64,000 nt of DNA from Candidatus Marinacidobacterales bacterium (GTDB lineage: Bacteria; Acidobacteriota; Vicinamibacteria; Marinacidobacterales; DATDRI01). The position numbers and the translations under genes are program-made. A model generated the notes under the pieces. That model made no database searches. It had not been told where the DNA came from and saw only the letters and a program-made list of their open reading frames with translations. Numbering within the stretch: position 1 is the stretch's first letter; each line of letters opens with the position of its first letter. Positions 1 through 10,649 of this stretch are shown one piece after another. The stretch lies in contig CBDCNP010000002.1 in NCBI GenBank assembly GCA_965219415.1, positions 2,016,001 through 2,080,000 of the forward strand, read 5' to 3'.

Positions 1-620
1 GTGACTTCCTCGTCGATGCTGAAATCGCTGCCGTCCCAAGTGAACGAAAATTTCTCGTGCGGCCCATCCAGAACTTTGACGCCGTGGAGCGGCGAACCGG
101 GGCCACCCAAACGCATGACGTTTCGCTCCCGCTCGATGATGGTCACGAAGACGGTCTGCGCGCCCCCGTCCCTCCAAAGGCCTAAGCTCACCGTATCCCC
201 CTCTTCCTTACCGCGGACATAACGGGCGAGCTTCCAAGAAGAGTCCACGGTCTCGCCGTCGACTTCGGTCAAGATGTCTCCCACCTGAACGCCCGCCTGC
301 TCGGCGGGGCTATTCGCTTCCACCTTCGCCACCATCACCCCGACGTCCTCCGACAAACCGAAGTGAGCTCGAAGCTCTGGCGTCAGACTCATCAGCTGGA
401 CGCCGAGAAACCCTCGACCATGCATGCCCTCGAAGAACGTATAATCGTGGCCACCCTCATCGTCGTCCCCGACCCAAACGAATCTCTGCACTCTCTTCTC
501 GACCTTTTTCTCGTCCGGCGCTTCCTGCTCACTCTGCGCCAGCAAGACCGGGCTCGAGGCGAGCAGGGTCGCCAGAAATACAGGTGCAATTCCAAGAGGA
601 CTTACTTTAGCGTCAGTCAT
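1..620 (-). CDS. PDZ domain-containing exported protein (runs off left edge)
   Basis: Hand translation, not in ORF track: AGGAG RBS, ATG at 620, signal-like N-terminus, PDZ motifs RGFLGVQLMSLTPELRAHFG and GVMVAKVEANSPAEQAGVQVGDIL; no stop before the window edge. Confidence 0.85.
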   Translation of the reverse strand, partial: MTDAKVSPLGIAPVFLATLLASSPVLLAQSEQEAPDEKKVEKRVQRFVWVGDDDEGGHDYTFFEGMHGRGFLGVQLMSLTPELRAHFGLSEDVGVMVAKVEANSPAEQAGVQVGDILTEVDGETVDSSWKLARYVRGKEEGDTVSLGLWRDGGAQTVFVTIIERERNVMRLGGPGSPLHGVKVLDGPHEKFSFTWDGSDFSIDEEV

Positions 621-640
621 GTTGTCTCCTTCTTCGGTTG

Positions 641-1066
641 TCACCTACGGTAGTTCACGGGGTGCGCACGAGCTCCCTCAGCCTCACGCGATAACGCACG
701 CAGATCCATGAGAAAGTCCATTTCGCCGGTACCGCCAAGAGTCAAAATCGGCTGCGACTCGGCGGCCAGGGCCTTGAGCTCCTCCAACTCTTTGTGCAGC
801 GACTCGTACTCACTCCGCAGGGCCTCGACCCGTTGAGCCGCTTCCGCCCGTTCGCGAGCCCCTTGCCAGTAATTCCGAGCCGACGAGGCGGCAAGGGTCA
901 GAACGACCGCCGCCGCAACAGCGAGTCCCGAGCGTGTCAAGCGTGTCCGGGGATGCGCGGTGGGTGGCGCAGTTGGCATTCTTTTCATCAGCCGATCGGT
1001 AAACCCGGTCGAGGCCTGTTGCCGTGGCAGCTTGCGTAGCAAGTTCCCGATGTCTTCGTCTTTCAT
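641..1066 (-). CDS. Putative membrane-anchored anti-sigma factor
   Basis: ATGA overlap with the ECF sigma stop; short N-domain (ASTGFTDRLM), one TM helix, coiled-coil C-terminus. Confidence 0.7.
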   Translation of the reverse strand: MKDEDIGNLLRKLPRQQASTGFTDRLMKRMPTAPPTAHPRTRLTRSGLAVAAAVVLTLAASSARNYWQGARERAEAAQRVEALRSEYESLHKELEELKALAAESQPILTLGGTGEMDFLMDLRALSREAEGARAHPVNYRR

Positions 1067-1629
1067 CCCTGCACTCCATTCCAATACGGACTCAAGAGAT
1101 GGCGAAGTCGCTCCCGCCCTCGGTTGATCCGCGACTTGACGGTCCCTTCTTGACAGCCGAGGGCGGATGCGATCTCCCTATACGACCAACCCTCTATCTC
1201 TCGCAGCAGGATCGGTGATCGGTATTTCAGGGGCAGCTCCGCGAGAGCCCAGGTGACGCGCTCGCCGACCTCCGCCCGAAGCAACTCGGCTTGCGGAGTA
1301 GGCCGCGGATCGTGTCCATTTGAAAAAAACTTCATCGAGAGGATTCGAAAGCGGCGCGCTCGCCTCTCTTCCGATCTCAGCAGGTTGGTGCCGATGCGGA
1401 ACAGGAAGGGGACGAACTGGCCCTGCTCTCGATACCGAGCCGAGGATTGGTAAAGACGCAGGAAGGATTCCTGGGCCAACTCCTCGGCGCGATCCCGGGA
1501 TCGGGTCAGCCCGGTGAGGTAATTGACCAACGCATGCTTGTGGCGATCTACGAGTTGCCCAAATGCCTCACGGTCCCCGGATTTTACTCGGCCCATGAGC
1601 TCGGCGTCGTTCATTTTCGGCGGGTTCAT
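1063..1629 (-). CDS. ECF sigma-70 family RNA polymerase sigma factor
   Basis: Region 2 (DAELM..GDREAFGQLVDRH..AEELAQESFLR) and region 4 (SYREIASALGCQEGTVKSRINRGRERL); start chosen at MNPPK. Confidence 0.93.
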   Translation of the reverse strand: MNPPKMNDAELMGRVKSGDREAFGQLVDRHKHALVNYLTGLTRSRDRAEELAQESFLRLYQSSARYREQGQFVPFLFRIGTNLLRSEERRARRFRILSMKFFSNGHDPRPTPQAELLRAEVGERVTWALAELPLKYRSPILLREIEGWSYREIASALGCQEGTVKSRINRGRERLRHLLSPYWNGVQG

Positions 1630-1671
1630 CCCATCTCCACTGGGTACAACGCCCCAAGATAGCAAAAGTTC

Positions 1672-1770
1672 CCCGCCTTCGTTCGCTCCGGTGCATTCCA
1701 CATCAGCGAACTTCGGCGGGGCCTCGCCGAAGCCGTGGAGAGCACCGACGCCTGCCACGGCGCAGGCGGG
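1672..1770. repeat. REP-like palindromic element, copy A
   Basis: CCCGCCTTCG..CTTCGGCGGG..CGCCGAAGC..GCGCAGGCGGG; same blocks at 24960 and 51128. Confidence 0.65.
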
Positions 1771-2015
1771 CCGGCCCACCTCTCTCCCCGCCTCCATTCT
1801 TTGACTAACGGCCCGACCGGCGGTACCATTAATTACTAGCTATTTTCCGAACATAAAACAGGGAAATTCGAGCGTCGGACCGGCCGGTCCACCGCTAAAT
1901 GCCCTTTAATTACTTGGGCTTAGGGGTGAATCCCGGGCCAGCCCGAACCACCGCCAAGACTGCCTCCCAACCCAGTCGCGCGGCTCGAGCGGCAAGCAAC
2001 CGCGAGATTGGAGAC

Positions 2016-2384
2016 ATGCGACTTCTCGTGTACCTCGTCATGGCCGTCGGTCTGTCTGCGTGCGGCTCCGATCAGGACACCCTGCCCGACGGCGTGATCG
2101 GTGTATGGAAAACCAAGACCCGCAAGTATCGAGACCGTGCGTTCGAGCTTCAGCCGGACAAGGTCATCTTCGAAACCGGCGAAGAAACCGCGGAAACGAA
2201 TATCCTGCTCAGTGTGGAAGCACGCGAGGAAGATGGGCGCCTCCTCTATGACATCGACTACTTGAGTTCCGATGGCTTGGAGCACACCTTCTCCTTCTAC
2301 TACAACCCTATGGCCGGCGGCGTCATCGCACTCAAGAATCAGAGTGGGATCGTTTGGAGAAAAGAAAGGCGTACAAAGAAATGA
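2016..2384 (+). CDS. Hypothetical lipoprotein
   Basis: GGAG RBS; MRLLVYLVMAVGLSA-C lipobox; beta-rich body; overlaps next gene (ATGA). Confidence 0.75.
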   Translation: MRLLVYLVMAVGLSACGSDQDTLPDGVIGVWKTKTRKYRDRAFELQPDKVIFETGEETAETNILLSVEAREEDGRLLYDIDYLSSDGLEHTFSFYYNPMAGGVIALKNQSGIVWRKERRTKK

Positions 2385-2567
2385 GAATACTACGGCGCAC
2401 GAGATTCCTGATCAACGAATTCCAGTATCGGATCCTGTTCCTGCAAGTTCTCTACTTCTTTGCGCTCATACTAGTCTTTACCGGAGCGATTTTCGTGCCC
2501 CTCATTATGGATCTCCAAAGTGGATCGCTGTCGTTCGCGGAGAAACACGCGGTGGCTAATCAATATA

Positions 2568-3954
2568 GGGTTTACGCGGATTCGTGTGGGTAAGTTCTGA
2601 CGGAAAAACAGTGTAACTCATTGTGTGGAAAAGGTATCGAGTACTTCATCAGGTGCTGAAAAGTGGTCCATTTTTAGGATAGGCTAACCGAGTGAAAAAT
2701 TCCCAGTCGATCCGCTCGCTGTTTGCGCTGCCAGGTTTCGTGGTTGGTGCCGGATTGAAGGGTCTATTCGGTGACCGATACGCCCGCGTCATCCAGCTCA
2801 AGAGGCGAAAAAAACAGCTGTGTGCTCTTACTGTGGGCAACGGTGCCGGGGGCGCTATGACAAGCAAGTGTGCCGGGTCCGCGACCTGTCGTTGGCTGGC
2901 TGGCGGATCTATCTGGAATACGAGCGTCGGCGCGTCAACTGTTCTGGGTGCGGCGGTGTGCATGTAGAACAACCTAGACTGGCTGGCGAACAACTCGCGC
3001 TACACCCAGCGTTTTGCGACGCATGTGGGCAAGCTGTGCCGGGATATGCCGAACAAGGCGGTGGCCGAGATGGAACGTCTGCACCACGGTACGGTGAAGG
3101 CTCTGGATACGCTCTACATGCAAGAGCAGGTCGACCGGGCGGGGCTACCGGCGCCTCGGGCCATCGGTGTCGATGAGATCTCCATCCGCAAGGGACATAA
3201 CTATCGCGTCATTGTCAGCGCGACCTGGAGCGGGCGCGTCCCATCTGGGTGGGCGGTGAGGGTCGCAAAGAAACCGACATCGATTTGTTCTTCAAGGCGC
3301 TGGGCGGAAAGAAAAGCGCCCGTATCAAGCTGGCCGCCATGGATATGTGGAAGCCCTTCCGGAACTCGGTGATTCACAACGCGCCTAATGCGCGGATCAT
3401 CTTCGACAAGTTTCATATCATGCGTCATCTGTCAAAGGCCCTCGATGAGGTCCGGCGCGGTGAGTACAAACGCCTCAGCGGCAAGGACCGGTCGTACATC
3501 AAGGGGCAGCGTTACACTTTGCTTTCCCGGCGGGAGAACCTGAGCCTAGACGGTCGCCGCGCACTCAAAAAGTTGCTCCAGGCCAACCGGCGCCTGAACA
3601 CCGCCTATATTTTGAAGGAGGCCTTCGGGCAACTCTGGGATTACCGCACCGAACGCGGCGCTCGCGCCTTTTTCACCCGTTGGAAAGACAGCCTCAAATG
3701 GCAACGCCTGCATCCGTACCAGAAGTTCGCCGGTATGATTGAGTCCCATTGGGATGGTATCGCCTCCTACTGTCATCCGGAGAACAAAGTCAGTCTCGGC
3801 CTAGTTGAAGGGGTCAACAACAAAATCCGTGTTCTGCAACGACGCGCCTACGGCTATCGCGACGAGGAATATCTCAAGCTGAAGATCGTGGCGGCTTTCC
3901 TTCCGCCATTACCCAGAAATGCAGTTTTCAACCCACACGAATCCGCGTAGACCC
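2568..3954 (+). mobile_element. ISL3-family insertion sequence
   Basis: 24-bp terminal IRs GGGTTTACGCGGATTCGTGTGGGT / ACCCACACGAATCCGCGTAGACCC (1 mismatch); flanks TCAATATA / TCAATTCT. Confidence 0.93.
2692..3950 (+). CDS. ISL3 transposase (split over four frames)
   Basis: Zn finger CSYC..CSGC, AIGVDEIS, MDMWKPF, FDKFHIM, EGVNNKIRVLQRRAYGYRD. Confidence 0.9.
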
Positions 3955-4433
3955 TCAATTCTTGTCTCTCCACTCGCGCATTTGGCCAGCGATCTTGATT
4001 CTCTTCGTCCTCCTGAGCGCCCACTCGGTCTTCGTATCCCACCGCATTGCGGGCCCTCTCTACCGGTTCCGCAAGGTCATGAAATCGGTGGCTTCAGGAG
4101 ACCTCTCCATTCGCTTCACCCTGCGCAAAAAAGACTACCTGGCGAAGGAGGCCAGCCTCGTCGCGGAGATGATCGCGGCGCTGCGCGCCAAGGTCGGAGC
4201 TCTGAAGGACCACTGTTCGGAAGTGGACGCGCTCGTGGCCGAAGTCAGCATGGCCGCCGACCGCTGATCGGCAGATGAAATCCAGTCGCGGCTGGAAAAG
4301 TTACGAGCCGAGATGACCAAGCTCAGAGGCGTAGCGGACGAGCTCAAAACCCACCCACCCTCTCGGCAAGACTCGGCCCAAGAAGCGGAAGCACCGATCG
4401 GTTCGGAAAGAGTTCCCAGCGAGGCCTAAGTCA

Positions 4434-4916
4434 ATGAAGGCTCCGAAGCGCTCGACGAACCGCGTAATCAACAAGGAGGATGGATTCTCGCTCGTCGAGC
4501 TACTGATCGTCGCAGCCATGCTGGCCACACTAGTCAGCATTGCGGTACCGATATACGCCCGCGCTTTGGATAGCGCCAGAATGGCGCACGCCATCGCGGA
4601 GATTCAAACTCTGCAGAAGGAAATCTTCGTCTACGACGTGCAGACCGGGAACCTACCACTCACTCTCGAAGACATTGATCGGGAAAGGCTCACCGATCCA
4701 TGGGGAACACCTTACGAATACCTGAACTTCTCGGGCGTCAACGGCAAAAGCAAGATGCGCAAGGACCGATTCCTGGTTCCATTGAACTCTAGATACGATC
4801 TTTACAGCATGGGCCCGGACAAGAAGAGCCAGTCACCGCTCACCGCCAAGGCAAGTCGAGACGACATCATCCGGGCGAACGACGGCAGCTATGTTGGACC
4901 GGCCTCCCAGTTCTGA
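4434..4916 (+). CDS. GspG-like pseudopilin (prepilin N-methylation domain)
   Basis: G|FSLVELLIV cleavage motif; DPWGTPYEY; YDLYSMGPD..DDI. Confidence 0.88.
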   Translation: MKAPKRSTNRVINKEDGFSLVELLIVAAMLATLVSIAVPIYARALDSARMAHAIAEIQTLQKEIFVYDVQTGNLPLTLEDIDRERLTDPWGTPYEYLNFSGVNGKSKMRKDRFLVPLNSRYDLYSMGPDKKSQSPLTAKASRDDIIRANDGSYVGPASQF

Positions 4917-4929
4917 TCGAGCAATAGGA

Positions 4930-7058
4930 ATGAAACTAGACCCGACGTTTCTTCGCAGCAAGGTTGGAAGAAGACTCTTTACGTTGTTCATCCTTTGTTC
5001 GCTAGCCCTGATCACGGTGCTTGCCGTGCTCTCCTTTACCCACGTCACCAACCAGCTCGACGAGCAGAGTCGAAACCGATTGCATCAAGCAAGCAAGGCC
5101 CTCGGAATGGCGATCTTCGAGCGATTGTCCTTCCTGGAAGCTGGAATGAGGACCGCGGCCGCGCACCTCGAGCTGGGCATGGATATCGGAAAGGGCGAAC
5201 ATCCGATCGTGGAAGATCTGGCAGAGAGATTCGACGCGCTCGGTCTCTTGTCGGGCGATGGAGAGTACACGCAGATCCTAGGAGATACCCAACAACTGCC
5301 CACACTCGAGCCGGAGCAAGCAAAGCATGTCGCGGACGGAAAGACGTTGCTGATCCAAAGTCACACCACCGCCGTCCTCCCACGGTTCATGATGATCCGG
5401 ACGGTGGACGAAGAGGACCCCTCGCGAGGCGTGTTGCTCGGAGAGCTGGACACCCGATACTTGTGGGGCGCCGAGTCGACCCTGCCCCGCTCACCGAGCT
5501 CTGCATCCTTACCAATCTGACCACCGTTCTCTTCTGCTCCGGTGAGGTTCCGAGCTCGAAGGGAGTCGGCCGAAGGCTTCGTGAGTCGGCCGCTGGAGAC
5601 TTCGAGTGGAGCAAGGATGGAGAAGCGTTTCTAGCGGGTTATTGGTCAATACCCCTCTTCGCATTTTCGGCGGCCCCGTGGACGGTGATCTTGAGCGAGT
5701 CCATTGAAAGTGTCCACGCACCGATGGCAGATTTCAGAAAGACGTTCCCTCTCGTCATTCTCATGTCGTTGTGGGTCGTCCTGCTCTTGAGCATCAATCA
5801 AATCCGACGGAGCCTCGTCCCGCTCGAGAATCTCCAGGAAGGGACACGAAGAATCGCGGAGAAGGATTTTGACAGTCGGGTAAGCGTCGACAGCGGGGAC
5901 GAGTTCCAGGAGCTCGCCGAGTCCTTCAACGGAATGGCTGGTGAATTGGACAGGCAGTTTCACACCCTTGCCACCATGTCCGAGATCGATCGGGCCATCC
6001 TTTCGGTTTTCGACACCCGGCAGATCGTCGACACGTTGCTCACGCGGATGCCCGATGTGCTCCCCTGTCGTTCGGTGAGTCTAACGATCATCGATACCAA
6101 GGGTAGCAACCGGGCCGAGGCATATTCGAAGAGCTGCGATCCGGGGACTGAAACGGTCGTCGAGACCCTGGAGCTCGACCGCAGAGGGCTAAGCGACCTC
6201 AGAGAAAACCCAGAAAGCCTTTGGATCCGGGGAACCGCTCCACCTCCTTTTATTCCTCCCTCGATGCGGTTACGCGCCAAGTCCTGGCAGATCTTTCCGA
6301 TCTTCTTCAAGAATCGACTGGCGGGGATCATTACTCTGGGCGATGCCGATACTTCCGAACATGGGAAAGAAGATCTACGCCGCGCGCGACAGTTGGTGGA
6401 CCAGGTTGCGGTGGCCCTTTCCAACGCTCACCTAGTCGAGCAGCTGGACGAGCTCAACTGGGGAGCGCTCATCGCGCTAGCGCGTACCATCGACGCGAAA
6501 TCTCCTTGGACCCTGGGCCACTCCGAGCGGGCCGCGGACTTCGCCATGAAAATTGGTCGGGTTCTGGGCGTGGGTCAGCAAGACCTGGATAACCTACATC
6601 GTGGTGCCTTACTTCATGACATCGGCAAGATCGGAATCCCTCCCACCATCCTGGATAAGCCTGGGAAACTGACACCAGAAGAAATCGAGGTCATGCGGGA
6701 GCATCCCTTGATCGGCGAGCGCATCCTCGAACCCATCGCCGCCTATGCCGACGTGATCCCGGTCGTCTCGCAGCACCACGAGTGGTTCGATGGCTCCGGC
6801 TATCCCCGCGCTCTCTCGGGTGAAAGAATCAATTTCATCGCCCGCATCTATGCCGTGGCGGACGTCTTCGACGCCTTGATTGCGGATCGCCCCTACCGGG
6901 CAGGCTTGAGCCTCGAGACGGTGACCGACTACATCAAGGAGAGATCGGGGCGCCAGTTCGACCCCAGGGTCGTCGCGGCCTTCCTAGAGGTTGTGGCGAA
7001 CGGCTACCCGAGTACCAAGGAAGAGGAAGCCGAGCCCAGCTCCGTTACTCCGGCCTAG
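4930..7058 (+). CDS. Membrane HD-GYP phosphodiesterase (TM-periplasmic-TM-HAMP-GAF-HD-GYP); frameshift near 5490
   Basis: GHSER, LLHDIGKIG, HHEWFDGSGYP, AVADVFDAL, RPYR, QFDP; HAMP segment SGDEFQELAESFN. Confidence 0.9.
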
Positions 7059-7254
7059 TGACCTGTATCAGTAAAACCTCGCCGTTCGGCGCATCAGAAA
7101 CCAAACGATAGCGATCAAGATCATCGCCCTCGCCTGCGGCGCCAGTCGATGCTCTAGCCACCCCTACTCGACGCGGTCAAAAGATTATGTCGTGCTTCGT
7201 TGCAACTCAACTAACGCGAAGCCTATCATAGCCCTGCATTTAGGGAGACATGAG

Positions 7255-8412
7255 GTGCGAGCGGTGAGGGAACGCGCAAAAGGATTCGGATTCCTTACGC
7301 TCATGTTGGTAGCTTTTGTCCCGCCACTCATCGGCGACTTTGACTCGAAACAACCTCTCGAGTTCGCAGTACCCCGCCGAATTCCCGAGACGGCAGAGTC
7401 GCCCATCTACGAACACCGATTTGTGTACCCACGGCCGCTGACGCGTTTCGCTCACAGCCCCGCGCTGACGGAGACTGCCAATGGTCGACTTCTGCTCGCC
7501 TGGTTCGGCGGAACCGGAGAAGGAAGTCCGAGTGTGCAGCTCTTCGCGTCCACCTACGCCCCGGAGCTGGACACCTGGAGCAAGCCCCGCGTGATCGCCG
7601 ATCGAGATCAGGCGCGCAGGGATCTAGGACGCTTCGTCCACACCGTCGGCAACCCGGTATTGTGGACCCAACCCAACGGCAAGCTGTGGCTGTTCTACGT
7701 AACTTCGTGGATTTTCGGTTGGTCGGGAAGCAGCATCAATCTCAGGATGTCGGCGGACCATGGCGAAACCTGGACCCCCACCAAGAGATTGGTGACCAGC
7801 CCTTACTTGAACAGCGGGACCTTAGCGAGGACCGGGCCCTTCGAATACAGCGACGGAACGATAGGCCTCCCGGTCTATCACGAGCTCTTGGGAATCTTTC
7901 CCGAGATCGTCCGCTTGCAGCCAAACGGCATCGTCTTGGGCAAATCACGCATCTACTTCGGCAAGAGCTCTCTTCAACCCTCTGTTGTTCCTCTGGACGA
8001 CACGCAGGCCCTCGCTTTGTTGAGACCGAGGCCCAAAAGCAAGGCCAACGCGAGAGTGCTCCTCTCCCGATCCGAAGATGCGGGACGGCGCTGGTCCACG
8101 CCGGTTTCCCTCGACCTCGCGAATCCTGGGTCATCGGTGGTCGGGCTTCGAGCCTCCGATGATTCGATCCTCTTAGCGTACAACGATTCGCCCACCAGCA
8201 GAAACAATCTCTCCCTGGCTCGTTCGGTCGATGGCGGAAAGAGCTGGCAAGTGCTCGCCACTATCGAGCAGAGCAAGCAAGGAAAACAGTTCGCATATCC
8301 CACGTTCATTCAAACAAAAAACGATCAGTTCCATCTAGTCTATGCCTGGAACTACACGCACATGAAGCACGTGCGATTCAACGCCGCCTGGCTCGCAGCA
8401 AACGAACGATGA
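7255..8412 (+). CDS. BNR/Asp-box (sialidase-like) beta-propeller protein
   Basis: Asp-boxes SADHGETW, SEDAGRRW, SVDGGKSW; FAYP motif; N-terminal hydrophobic segment; start approximate. Confidence 0.85.
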   Translation: MRAVRERAKGFGFLTLMLVAFVPPLIGDFDSKQPLEFAVPRRIPETAESPIYEHRFVYPRPLTRFAHSPALTETANGRLLLAWFGGTGEGSPSVQLFASTYAPELDTWSKPRVIADRDQARRDLGRFVHTVGNPVLWTQPNGKLWLFYVTSWIFGWSGSSINLRMSADHGETWTPTKRLVTSPYLNSGTLARTGPFEYSDGTIGLPVYHELLGIFPEIVRLQPNGIVLGKSRIYFGKSSLQPSVVPLDDTQALALLRPRPKSKANARVLLSRSEDAGRRWSTPVSLDLANPGSSVVGLRASDDSILLAYNDSPTSRNNLSLARSVDGGKSWQVLATIEQSKQGKQFAYPTFIQTKNDQFHLVYAWNYTHMKHVRFNAAWLAANER

Positions 8413-9014
8413 GCATTCTCGGAATGCTCGGCCAGGTACTGCTCACATCCGCGATCATTCTTTCGCTGTTTCGGGTTGGAAAGTATCGTCCGATCGTCCG
8501 TTGGACGGCGTTGGTGGTAACCGCCGTCATCGGATTGTCCCAGTTCGGCGACATTCGACTCATCGCCTATCCGGGCGGCGTCCTCGGAGATCTGAGCATC
8601 ACGGCCCAGCTCCTCTTGGCGTCCGTCATCGCGAAACAGATCTTGCGAATCGAGATTTTCTCGGAGCGGGCTCGCTCTACTATCTTACTCGCGACGGCGG
8701 GAGCAGGAATCGTCTTGTACCCTTTCTCCTCCGGGTTGACGATGCTGGACGTTTATTCGTCGGGATTCGATTCGACGACCCTAATGATCGCGCTAGCCGT
8801 CCTGGCGGCCATCGGTTGGACCCTTCGACCAGGCGCGGCCATCGTCATCCCCTTGAGCGTCGTTGCGTTCAACTTGGAACTTCTAACTTCTAATAATGTC
8901 TGGGACTACCTGCTCGATCCAGTGCTGACGCTATTCGCGTGGGGCTGGCTGCTCTCCGTTTCCATGCGTCGCGCACTCTCCACCGCACCGCAGGCCACGG
9001 ACTCGGGACGATGA
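8409..9014 (+). CDS. Multi-pass membrane protein
   Basis: Several TM segments; GDLSIT and SNNVWDYLLDP motifs; overlaps both neighbours. Confidence 0.7.
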   Translation: MSILGMLGQVLLTSAIILSLFRVGKYRPIVRWTALVVTAVIGLSQFGDIRLIAYPGGVLGDLSITAQLLLASVIAKQILRIEIFSERARSTILLATAGAGIVLYPFSSGLTMLDVYSSGFDSTTLMIALAVLAAIGWTLRPGAAIVIPLSVVAFNLELLTSNNVWDYLLDPVLTLFAWGWLLSVSMRRALSTAPQATDSGR

Positions 9015-10649
9015 GTCGGTTCTGGTGGCCAGGCGTCGTTGTTCTCGCCGTCTTCACCTACACATATTCACTCGACGGCTTGCACATTCCCCACATTGGC
9101 GACGAAGCACCCTATATTCAGATCGTGAGACTGACCGCCGAAAGCGGCGACTGGCTACCCCTGAAAACCACGAGTGGCCTCGAGAACACGAAACCCCCTT
9201 TATTGTTTTGGCTGGGTATGGTTTCCACCGACTGGCCCCAACACTGGAGCCTATTTCGTTTGCGGTTCCCCATCGTTGTCTTTACGTTCCTCACCGCCGC
9301 GATCATTTTCTTGCTGGCGCGCATGAAGGGTGGGAGTGAGAGCGGCTACATTGCCTTGCTCACGTTTCTGGGATTCGCGTCGACGTTCCAATACGGGCGA
9401 CCCTTTTTGACCAACCTCCCGGAGACTTTTTTCGTTTTCCTTCCCTTCTTCGCGCTCATCTACTTCCGCGAACGGCGCGAAAAGTGGGGGACCGGTTTTT
9501 GGGTCCTTGCCGGCCTCTCGATTGGCATCGCCTGCCTCTTCAAATCGTTCGTCTTAGTGGTTCCGGTGGGAGCGGCCTTGACATGGTGGTCACTGCTGGA
9601 ACGCGATTGGAACTTCGCAACTTTTCTAAAGAGAGACGCGCCCAAAATTGTACTAGCTCTCGTGTTGGCACTTGGTTGCTTCGCGCTCTGGCCCCTTCTC
9701 GATCCGGACCCCGGTTCTGTGATCCGGAACTTCGTCCTCGAAGAGAACCTCGGCAAGCTCGGCGGAGAGGGCTATCTCGGCGGGCTCTTCACGGGCTCTT
9801 ATCCCCTACACAGAATCTGGCTCGGACACTTAGCCAACGCCGGTCTTTTTGCCCTGCCGCTCGTTTACCTCACGGTGATCACCGTGAAGGGCAGAGGAAG
9901 ATTGTCCTTAGACGATAAGACTCTATGGATTCTCGTCCTGTCATTCCTCATCGTCTACAGCGTGCCGAGCCAGCGCCAAGAGAACTACCTCCTGCCCACC
10001 GTTCCCGCTCTAGCCGTGCTCATGGGGGTACACTGGAAGGAAGTAGGACGTCGCTGGTTCTACGTGTTCAACGTTGCCATCGTACTCACGCTCGTTCCTC
10101 TCGCGGTACTGATTCACGCCGTCTTCGACGCGCTTCCCCCGGGAAGCTACCGATGGTGGCAGCTCGGCCTTTCCGGTCGTGGCGATCTTAGTGACAAGCT
10201 CGAGTTTGATGTGGAATCGCGCCAGCCCCTACCTGTTTCATTTGCAAGTCTTCCTAGTCGCGGCCACGCTTGCCGCCGGGCTGGCCCCCTTCGAGGGACC
10301 GCTCGGGAGGTATGATCGCGAGACGATCGGAACACTCGAGAATAGGACTGTTTTCGTTCCGTCCAACTTCGTTTCGAAGTACGAGCGACATCGCTTCGTA
10401 CTGCCCGGGAGTCGGATCGAGGGGTACGATCCGTCCAATACCGAGCGATTGAACCAGCTTCTGCGAAACGGAGAAATTGTTGCTCTGGAGCGGGGGCTCG
10501 GGCAAACTGTGGCCGGCCCCTTCGACATCTATGGCAAGCGGCTAACGCTGCGGTCGAGGCAACGGGGGGACGAGATCGCGAGAATCCTCTTCAAGGGAGA
10601 TCTCGATCCTCTAGTGCAACAAGAGATCATCGTTCGGCGTCGCAAGTAA
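9011..10649 (+). CDS. ArnT/PMT-like lipid-carrier glycosyltransferase; frameshift near 10170
   Basis: GDEAPY, TKPPLLFW, LFKS, YLLP motifs; many TM helices. Confidence 0.82.

Larger units (their letters stand above)
2381..4429 (+). pseudogene. Two-TM HAMP-domain protein interrupted by ISL3
   Basis: N-half ..HAVANQ at 2381-2563 rejoins FLSLHSRIWPA..SHRIAGPLYRF..GDLSIRFTLRKKD after the IS; extra in-frame TGA at 4265, frame continues to TAA 4429. Confidence 0.8.
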
